The position numbers were made by a program, and so were the translations under genes. The notes beneath the pieces were generated by a model that was not told the origin of the DNA, did no database searches, and saw only the letters and a list, made by a program, of their open reading frames with translations. From Raja brachyura (lineage: Eukaryota): a DNA stretch of 64,000 nt. Location of the stretch: assembly GCA_963514005.1 (NCBI GenBank), contig OY740794.1, positions 33,666,001 to 33,730,000 of the forward strand, written 5' to 3'. This document shows, one piece after another, positions 55,300-64,000 of the stretch; position 1 is the stretch's first letter, and every line of letters starts with the position of its first letter.

Positions 55300-55960
55300 C
55301 AATCAAACAGCCCTCCCGCCTCCTCTAAACGCACTTGGTGCGGTACAGATTAAACGAGCATCTCCTCCGTGCCAGGCTCTCTAATCCCGCCCTTTCCTGG
55401 TAATGCTTCACTTCCCCTCGCGTGTAATCAGTCCACCTACTCTCTCCCTACCTGCCTCCCCGTCTCCACCGAGAACCAACCAGCCAGCCAGCCTGCCTAG
55501 CGCCCGGGCCTTGCCTGCTTCTCTCCGGGCTCCGTAACCAAAATGGCGGCTGCCGGATCGCGTTGCCCCTGGCTGTCGGTCCTACCCGGGTTGCTGAGGT
55601 TACCGGTCACAGCGCTGCGACGTGCGGAACTCTCACTCACCACACTACGGGCCTGTTTGGTTGGACTTCGCTGCAGCGCTGCTTCCACGCCGCCGCCACC
55701 ACCACCCACCCCCTCCTCCCCAAGTCACGGTCTCCTCGCTGCCGCCATCTTCCACAAACATCCCCTGAACCGGAACTGACGTCAAGGCGTGCCGTCCGTA
55801 AGGCAACGTGCGCTCTGCGTGCGTCCGCCGTTACGTTGCGTGACCGACACGTGCGCTGCCCCGTCGTCGCGGGCAAAGATACCAGAGGAGCTGTTGGTCG
55901 CGAGGACCCGTTGCGGATGTGTGGGTGAGAGGTCGCCGTCGACCCTTTATACACAGTGTA
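55300..55960 (-). promoter_or_regulatory. CpG-island promoter of WDR33
   Basis: CpG/GC-rich, non-repeat-looking segment upstream of WDR33 exon 2. It contains a CRE palindrome TGACGTCA (55777-55784) abutting ETS-like CCGGAA (55770-55775), an E-box CACGTG (55848-55853), and YY1-type motifs AAGATGGCGGC (minus, 55741-55751) and AAAATGGCGGC (plus, 55540-55550). Confidence 0.8.
55641..55775 (-). other. WDR33: WDR33 non-coding exon 1 (5' boundary approximate)
   Basis: Strong donor GTG|GTGAGT (GT at 55640-55639) just downstream of the YY1/CRE cluster. WDR33 has a non-coding first exon in other vertebrates. TSS position is inferred. Confidence 0.6.
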
Positions 55961-56288
55961 AAACTGCTAGAATTATTTTGGGATCCTGACTAAAATCATT
56001 TATCTTTAGATGGTGCAGCGATAGATTCAGCTCCTGATACCCGGTTTCGATCCTGACCACGGGTGCTGTCTCTAGGGGGGGTTGCACCTGAGGTCACCGG
56101 GTCATAGGGCATGACGCACGGAGCCGCTCAATCCATCTGGAGGACATCGCAGCTTCCGGTATATGTTGTTAATACACGAAACGCGTACGTGTTAAAAACC
56201 GCCAAAATTATGAATTTTTGCGCTGTAAAAAAATCGTGGAAGTCGGGGTAAGCGTGAGAGATATGTACCCAACTTCAGAATTCGAAAA

Positions 56289-57136
56289 GTGAAGCGAAAT
56301 GACGGTAAAGAGAAGCGAGAGCTGAAGGGACAACAACAGCAAAAGTGCTTGGCGAACATTGGCCGTGCAGATATCGACATCATCGGTTTCACCGACAGTA
56401 AGGCATTATTTGTGTTTTTTCTTGATTCCTTTGGTATCTAACAAATCTCAGAAGTGATAAATCTGGCTGTAAAATTTTAAAATCGCCCATGGTTCTGAAG
56501 TGGGTTTTTACATGCAAAAGGAAAATGCTTCTGAAGCTAAATTTGTGTTCTGTTGTGCTGAAGCAAAGCAAGAATTTCATTGTCCTATCGGGGACACATG
56601 ACAATAAACTCACTTGAACTTGAAATTTATCATTTAAAAAATCTCCAGACTTACGAGTGGTGTGTGGAAAAGTAACTAGTCTTCTATCATTATGCTATTG
56701 AGATGTATATTTTGGCAAATAATAAAATGTCCTGACAGCTTAAACACCCACTCCCTTTCAATGGGATTTTGTCAATTTGCTGAGGTTGATTATGTCCAAT
56801 TAACAGCTAACAATGATGGCATTCCTTGGCTTGCATCTGAGTAAAATGTAATTCAAAACCCACATATGGTTTGCGATTTTTTTTAATGATATATTTTGCT
56901 TCAGAGTCATTTTTTTTGTATGTAAAAACCCACTTGAGAACCATGGGCGATTTTTCAAATTTACAGCCAGATTTATCACTTCTGAAACTTTTTAGATGCC
57001 AAAGGAATCAAGAAAAAACACAAATAATGCCTTACTGTTGATGAAATGCATTGAGCAAACGGCTAATGTTCGCCAAGCACTTTGGCTGTTGTTGTCCCTT
57101 CAGCTCTCGCTTCTATCTACCGTCATTTCTCCTCAC
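56289..57136. repeat. Long inverted repeat (~250-bp arms), probable foldback/MITE DNA transposon
   Basis: 56289-56542 is the reverse complement of 56893-57136 with scattered mismatches. The right arm is cut by a Penelope mini-element. Confidence 0.85.
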
Positions 57137-57362
57137 AAAATGCTGGAGTAACTCAGCGGGACAGGCAGCATCTCTGGAGAGAAGGAATGAGTGACGTTTT
57201 GGGTCGAGACCCTTCTTCAGACTGAAGGTCACGGGAAAGGGACTTTCAGTCTGAAGAAAGGTCTCGACCGGAAACGTCACCCATTCCTTCTCCAGAGATG
57301 CTGAGTTACTCCAGCATTCTGTGTTTATCTTCAGTTTAAACCAGCATCTGCAGTTCCTTCCT
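57134..57362. mobile_element. Palindromic Penelope-derived mini-element with two hammerhead-like cores
   Basis: gacgttttgggtcgagacccttcttcagactg...cagtctgaagaaaggtctcgaccggaaacgtcac. Confidence 0.78.
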
Positions 57363-57807
57363 AAGCATTGACCTCTCCTTTATGCCATTTTAATGTTCGA
57401 ATTGCACATAATGCAGGCCGTTGAAATATTGCTCTGACAGCAAGCAAACATTTGCTAAAATTAATTCCATCCTGGGCTGGAAGCGAAAGCTCGCATCCGT
57501 CCTCCTCAAAAAAGACAATGGTTGCATGCTCCGATTCCATTCTAAGTTAGTATTTCAGAAACTTTTCAATTACCATCCCAAATCATTCCCTTAATAGTTT
57601 TCCTCATTTCTATTTTCAAATAAAGAAACCAACCCGACCCGACTCCGCTCTGTGATCTTTGCTGATTACACATCCCGCGGAAGTCGGGTTGGGTTTGCTA
57701 AAATGGCGGACGTCCCGTCCCGCCCCGTTCCGTACTACACGTTAGTCCATTGGATTTTGCAGGAGTGGACCATCTTGCACCGCTCTATGATCTTTGCTTC
57801 ACACTGA

Positions 57808-58238
57808 AACATAGAAAATAGGTGCAGGAGTAGGCCATTCGGCCCTTCGAGCCTGCACCGCCATTCAATATGATCATGGCTGATCATCCAACTCAGTATC
57901 CTGTACCTGCCTTCTCTGCATACCGCCTGATCCCTTTAGCCACAAGGGCCACATCTAACTCCCTCTTAAATATAGCCAATGAACTGGCCTCAACTACCTT
58001 CTGTGGCAGATAATTCCAGAGATCACCACTCTGTGTGAAAAATGTTTTCCTCATCTCGGTCCTAAAGGAATTCCCCCTTATCCTTAGACTGTGACCCCTT
58101 GTTCTGGACCTCCCCAACATCGGGACCAATCTTCCTGCATTTACCCTATCCAACCCCTTAAGAATTTTGTAAGTTTCTATAAGAATTTTGTAAGTTTCTA
58201 TAAGATCCCCCCCTCAGTCTTCTAAATTCTAGCGAGTA
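57808..58238 (-). mobile_element. CR1 3' end
   Basis: Near-identical to 52410-52830, with a short internal tandem duplication near 58160-58200. Confidence 0.9.
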
Positions 58239-58356
58239 GGTGAAAAGAAACACGGCTGGGACCCTCCGACCATGACACCAGATTCCAATCACTGCAGCAA
58301 AGATCTTTGCTCTGCAGTCTCTCAGTAGGTTTAGCCTAAGAAAATGTAAATGAGGT

Positions 58357-60707
58357 TATAACGAGACCAGGCAGGTTGAGTGGAGTACATTTTATTCCCA
58401 CGAACAACCATGTCCATCAACCACTGAAAAACCTGCGCAGTGTCGAACGTTCAGCCCGAACGGCATCCGTAGCCATTTAAACAGGCCAAACGGGGTGATG
58501 ATGGCGTTCTTAGGAACATCGTCGGGGTGGACGGGAATCTGGTGGTAGCCGTGCACCAGATCCACCTTGGAAAAGATGGTAGCACTGTCCAAGTGGGCTG
58601 TGAAGTTCTGGATGTGCGGGACTGGGTAGCGATCAGCGGTCGTGACAATGTTCAGGTGGCGGTAATCCCCACACGGTCTCTACCCCCCCCAGATGATTTG
58701 GGAACCATATGTAACGGGGAAGCCCATGGGCTGTTGGAGTGCCGCACAATCCCCATGTCCTCCATCTGCAGGAACTCCGCCTTGGCTAAACGCAGCTTGT
58801 CAGGTGGGAGCCTGCACGCCCATACATGTAGTGGGGGGCCACGTTTTGGGTGGACGCCAAAAAATCGGCGCCCAGCAACGACTGGGAAAAGTCCGCAATG
58901 GTAAAGGGCCACGAGTAACGTCGGGAGTCGAGGACAAGGGAAATTGTCTGAGTTCCATAGGTGCAGATCGGGCTGCTGTTCATGGCAGGGCGGGGCCACG
59001 CTTACCGGCATGAGTATTGAGCCCAGACGGGAGGATGGTCAGCACAGCTCCAGTGTTCACGAGGAAGCGAACTCCGGAATGACAATCCTGGACGTAGAGA
59101 CGATTGTTGTGGCCGACCACAATAGCCTCTACTGGCGATCGGCCGAGGCATTTCCTGAAAATGAGCCGGGGGGGCACGGCATCGGCAGACCTCTGCACCC
59201 CAGCGTTGGTGGGAATAGCACCACCGGCGATTGACTGTGGCGCGGTGATAGCAGCGGAGGGTTGGACGTCCCTGCGAGGCTGCTGGTGCGAAGGTGCAGA
59301 CACCCAGCTGATGGAACCACCGTCCTGCTGCTTGGCAAGCCACAGCTCATACACTCATTCAGCGAGCTGCAAGGGGTCAGCGAAATCGGACCCAGGCGGA
59401 TGTCGTCGGGCACTGCTCCAGGAAAGCCTGCTCGAATAACAGGCAAGGCTGGTGGCCATCCATAAGAGCGAGCATCACACTCATCAACGCTGATGGCTTA
59501 CTATCGCTGAGGCTGTCCATGTACAGCAGGCGAGCCGTGCGATGGCGGTGACTGAGCTTGAAAGTGCAGAGCAGCAGTGCCTTGAGACCTTTGTACTTGC
59601 CGAACGCAGGCGGATTCTGATTCCGGCGGGGTCACCACTATAGCAAGACCAGGCAGGTTGAGTTGAGTAATTTTTATTCTCAATAATAAACGGTAATAAA
59701 ACTCGGCAACACGCGTGCCTGACTAGCTAACGCGAAAATAGCTCCTGTTGCTGGGAGGAGCGCCAACGACTGACTGGCCACTAGGGGCGCTGCACTGATA
59801 GCAGCCTCTGCCTGCAGCCCATTTGTTTTTCCTCTTTTTAAAAATTTTTAGTCAGTTTAAAGTCTGTTTTGGGGAAATCTTTAACTTTTATATGTGGGGG
59901 TGGGGGGGGGCAGGGTAAGGGGGAAACTGTTTCACAGTCGCCTCCTGGCGGGGACGCGACTATTTCTCCCAGTCTTGTCCTCGCCCCTCACCTCGCAGCC
60001 TACGTCCTGGATCCGAGCGGCCTTTCCTGCCGGGGATCGGACCAGAGCTGCAACAGCGGCGGCGGCGCTGGAGTCACCATGGAGTGGGCGATACCTACCT
60101 CGGTCGCCGTTGGAGCTCCGGAGCGTTGGGCTGCTGCTCCAACATCGTGGAGCTCTGGTTTGGAGAGCTCCCAACGCGGGCGGCGCTGAACTCCTTGGAG
60201 TCCTGGGGCCCTTTGCTGAGGGCCTCCAGCATTGAATCTCCACCCGGCGCGCCCTGCAGACTTTGGGAGCCGCAGACTCCGGTAGGAGGGGGTCCAGGCC
60301 GCTGAGGACGTCCCCCAGCCCCGACGTCGGACTTACATCACCCCGGGGAGTGGGCCTGAACATCGGGCCGCCCGGAGCGGCGACTGCGGAGGGCTGGGGG
60401 AGGCCCCGACCATGGGTGAACATTGGGGAACATCGGGAAGAGACTGACTTTGGTGCCTTCCCTCACGGTGGGAAATTTTGATCCTGCTGTGAGGGGATGT
60501 TTTATGTTGAATATCTGTCTACTCTGTGTTGTGTTCTTTATTTTTGGCTGTATGGTGACTTCATTTCACTGTGCCAATTGGCACATGTGACAAATAAAAT
60601 TTTCTGTATCTGGAAAGCCCGTGAACGAACCCCCCCTTGGTCACGTGATCGAGCCAACCAATGATGAGGGTTCTGACTTCCCAAAACCACCACTAGGTGC
60701 CGCTATA
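58357..60707 (-). mobile_element. Deleted Gypsy/Ty3 LTR retrotransposon with a nested insertion in its 5' LTR
   Basis: Protease-like FLVNTGA; RT motifs SNSPWASPLHMVPK and [16 protein letters not shown]...[29 protein letters not shown] (59637-59627) is complementary to the tRNA-Trp 3' end. The LTR 3' end is repeated at 58357-58398 and from 59639. 4-bp TSD AGGT (58353-58356 and 60708-60711). Confidence 0.88.
59785..60612 (+). mobile_element. GC-rich non-autonomous retroposon-like insertion within the Gypsy LTR (boundaries approximate)
   Basis: Ends tttcactgtgccaattggcacatgtgacaaataaa, resembling short tails elsewhere in the window. LTR-like sequence resumes after it. Confidence 0.55.
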
Positions 60708-61127
60708 AGGTAAAAGATTGACCATTATCTAACGGCAGAGGCATTATCTAACGGTAAAGGGCAAATCTACCTATTGACAGTTTAATTTAGTTTGGTTTAT
60801 TGTCTGGTGAAAAGCTTTTGTTGCGTTCTAACCAGTCAGCGGAAATACAATACAGTGGGCTTATCTCCTCCTGAAACCTGTTACAGTTTTCATGCCCACT
60901 GTTCTTGTCCTTCTTGAGGTGAAGACCACAGGCTCGGGAGATGCTGGGGAAATAGCCTTGTCAAATAACCGCACTGTGTTTTGCAGATCTTGCATTAATT
61001 CAGTTCCCTAGAAGAGAAGGGAATAAATATTCTGGGTGACTAATGAGATGACGGTTAATCTGCTGAATCCTGAATAGTTGATCGTATACGGTGATTTATA
61101 CCGTATACGGTGTATGCGGTATACGGT

Positions 61128-63893
61128 GATAACCAAAGAACATAAAATGTGTTTTCTACTTGGAGACTTAAACATCAACCTCCTTAAAAGCGATTCACCT
61201 CTCTCGACAGATTTCCTTAATGTTCTCTTTTCAACTCACTTTTATCCATTGATACATAAACCGACGAGAATAACCAGTACCTCAGCTTCACTCATTGATA
61301 ACATCTTGACAAACTGTCTGGATTACAAAATGTCTTCTGGTATATTGTTAGCTGATATCTCTGATCATCTCCCTATATTCCAAATTGTACATATCAACTC
61401 AAACAGAATAAGTAAAAGCCATAGCTGTGATCATAAGGGAACAGAATATCGCAAATATACCAATAGAAATATGGAAGCTTTTAAATGTGTAATTGGTGGA
61501 CTATCATGGGATGAGGTTCTTAGGCTGCAAGATGTCAATGAAGCTTATCAGGCATTCCTTTCCCTTATTAATACCTCTTTGGAGAAATGCTTTCCCTTAA
61601 TTTCTACCAAGATTAAGAAAGCTGCCTCATTTGACAAACCCTGGTTCACTAAAGAATTGAAGAAATGCATTTTGATTAAAAATAAACTATACAAGAAATC
61701 TATTTTGTATCCCACCCATTCAATGTGGAATCATATAAAGCTTACAAAAATAATCTTATTCGCTATTTAAGGCAAGTAAAAAAGAAACATTTTACTGATA
61801 TATTCATGCAAGCATCAAATGACATCAAATCAACTTGGAACCTCGTCAACCAAGTGCTAAATCGCAAAAAAGCTCCACCTGCTGTGCTCACAGAGATGTT
61901 AGGAAGAGATGGTACTATTCATAACTCAAAGGAGATAGTTGATGGTTTTAATGATTTTTTTGTCAACGTTGGGTCGTCCTTGGCTTCAACCATTAAGGAC
62001 TCTAATGAAGACCCTTGTAAATTGATTAACGGTCAATTCTCTACTTTGTCCACCTTCCATCCCCCTTGTCCCAAAGAAGTCTACAACATAATTGTGAGTC
62101 TAAAGAACTCTGCAGAAGGCCATGATGGAGTTAGAACCACTCTCTTAAAAAAAGTTATTGATCATATTACTGAGCCACTAGCACATATTTTTTCTTTATC
62201 TCTCCAATCTGGTGTCATTCCTCAAGATTTAAAGATTGCCAAAGTCATACCTATCTATAAATCAGGTGACCCTAAAGAATTTGGTAATTACCGCCCAATA
62301 TCTATTCTCCCCGTCTCAAAAATCATAGAAAGACTAGTGTACACAAGAATCCTAAACCATCTAACTGAATAATATTTAGTATAACCATCAATATGGCTTT
62401 AGGAAGAAGTACTCTGCGGAGCATGCATTATTACAGCTTATTAATAACATCTCTACTGCTCTAGATGAAAATAAATTTGCTCTTGGTGTCTTTCTAGATC
62501 TATCCAAGGCATTTGATACAAGCAACCATTCAATCTTAATCTCTAAACTCAATAGATATGGGGTAACCAACTATTTAGCAAATAGAGTGCAATGTGTCTA
62601 TCTAAATGGAAGCTCATCCAAAAAATTGAGAATTCACTGTGGGGTACCACAAAGCTCCATCCTTGGTCCTTTACTATTCTTGATCTATATAAATGACTTA
62701 TCCTATACCTGTAGAGTACTTCTTCCTATCCTGTTTGCCGATGACACCAATCTTATAGCTTCACATAGTGATCTAAAATCATTGTTTGAATTAGTTAATT
62801 AAGAAATGCCTCATGTCTCTAAGTGGTTTGAAGTGAACAGGCTCTCTCTTAATATCAAAAAATGCAATTACATGATCTTCTGCAATAAAAACAAAATTTT
62901 TCCCAAAGACAAATCTAAATTTTTTATCAATGGACATGAAATTCCTGAAGTAACATATACAAATTTTTTTAGGAGTAACCATTGATCAAAATTTGGAAAG
63001 AACATATCAATATTGTCTGTAGAAGATCAATGAAAATGCTTGGTGTTCTGAGAAAGGTTTGTGCATTTATTCACCCGTCTTCCCATCTAACAATATTTTA
63101 CAATTTGATTTTTCCTTATTTCAATTATTGTAATATTGTTTGGGGTTCTACCTATCCTTCCTATCTTTCTAAGTTACTCATCATACAGAAGAAATTTATG
63201 AGATTAATTTCTCACTCAAATTCACAAGAACCTTCTGCCCCTCTCTTCAAGAAGTACTCAATTTTGTCTGTAGATAAACAATGCATTCCAAATATGTATT
63301 TTTATGTTCAAATATCTTAAATGTAAACATGATTTGCCTGTTTCTCTTCATGATATTTTCACCCTTTCTTCTAATATTCACCATTACCCAACCAGAAGAA
63401 GAAATGAACTTCATCTTCCGTTTTGTCGAACATCCAAACACCAACATTGCATTACTTTTAAAGGTCCTAAATTTTTGAATACCATGCCTCTGTCAGTAAA
63501 GTCTCACACATCCTTAACCATCTTTAAGATTGAGCGTAAAACGTTTCTCATCATGTCCTCCAGAGTTCTGACCTCCAGCTTTTTGTAACGCTATTTATGA
63601 GCTCAAACTACTTCTGTTGACTCTTATCTCATACTATACCTTATTATTTTATTTATTTTCATATTTTTAGTTTCATATTTTTAATTTTCATTCTTAAACT
63701 GTATTATTGTTTATTATTGTCTTTTTTATTTCTCCTACCCCCTGATTTACCACTAACGCTCATTTTCAGATGGGAGCGGACTTTGTATGCGCCCTCTGAG
63801 CTTCCCTTCCCTCCCAGCACTGTATGGTATTATAAATTGATCGTTTGTCTTCTATTAAAACATGGTGCAAATAAATAAATAAAAATAAATAAA
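61128..63893 (+). mobile_element. 5'-truncated Crack/L2(CR1-group) LINE, APE plus RT, frameshifted
   Basis: LLGDLNINLL, PTRIT-SASLIDNI, DISDHLPIF, NYRPISIL, FLDLSKAFD, GVPQSSILGPLLFLIYIND and LFADDTN motifs; (AAAT)n tail at 63868-63893. Confidence 0.9.
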
Positions 63894-64000
63894 TGATTTT
63901 AGATTACTCTCCAGCCATGCAGAGAGTGTCATTTTGCTCTAAGCAGGTGACTTGGAAATGCTGACATGGTAAGTGGCAAACCAGGTGATTCATTCACCAC

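Noticed and set aside
55497-55989. Several overlapping ORFs in the CpG island
   Set aside because: Expected from stop-poor GC-rich DNA; no recognisable homology.
59869-60481. GC-rich ORFs or a second promoter
   Set aside because: Lies within a repeat nested in the Gypsy LTR; the translations are low-complexity.
61078-63588. Active LINE or domesticated RT gene
   Set aside because: Multiple frameshifts and stops and a 5' truncation.

Overview
Eukaryotic, AT-rich vertebrate genomic DNA. The repeat content (CR1/HER1-type LINE tails, Penelope-like elements, shark/ray-type SINEs) suggests a cartilaginous fish, probably a skate or ray; this assignment is inferred. The window holds the 5' part of WDR33, the AAUAAA-recognising subunit of the polyadenylation machinery, on the minus strand. 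Identified parts are a CpG-island promoter and non-coding exon 1 near 55.6-55.8 kb, and coding exons 2-7 at 40338-40541, 23309-23377, 21391-21495, 20037-20132, 16853-17004 and 14332-14429. All have GT-AG boundaries and consistent phase; exon 8 was not found and probably lies beyond position 1. The remainder is intronic or upstream DNA full of decayed transposable elements: CR1, L1-like, Rex1/Babar-like, Crack/L2-like, Penelope, a Gypsy remnant and MITEs. Four observations stand out. (1) A ~140-150 bp short retroposon is present twice, and its 5' end folds on paper into a minimal HDV/CPEB3-like ribozyme; it has a (GAA)n tail, one copy has a clean 14-bp TSD, and both copies are sense to WDR33. 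(2) A 103-codon hydrophobic read-through ORF runs from exon 6 into intron 6 and ends at a cluster of four AATAAA, resembling the human WDR33 V2 isoform. (3) Palindromic Penelope-derived mini-elements carry hammerhead-like cores. (4) Intron 7 contains unexplained diverged direct and inverted duplications. Structures were assigned by eye; nothing was computed or searched.
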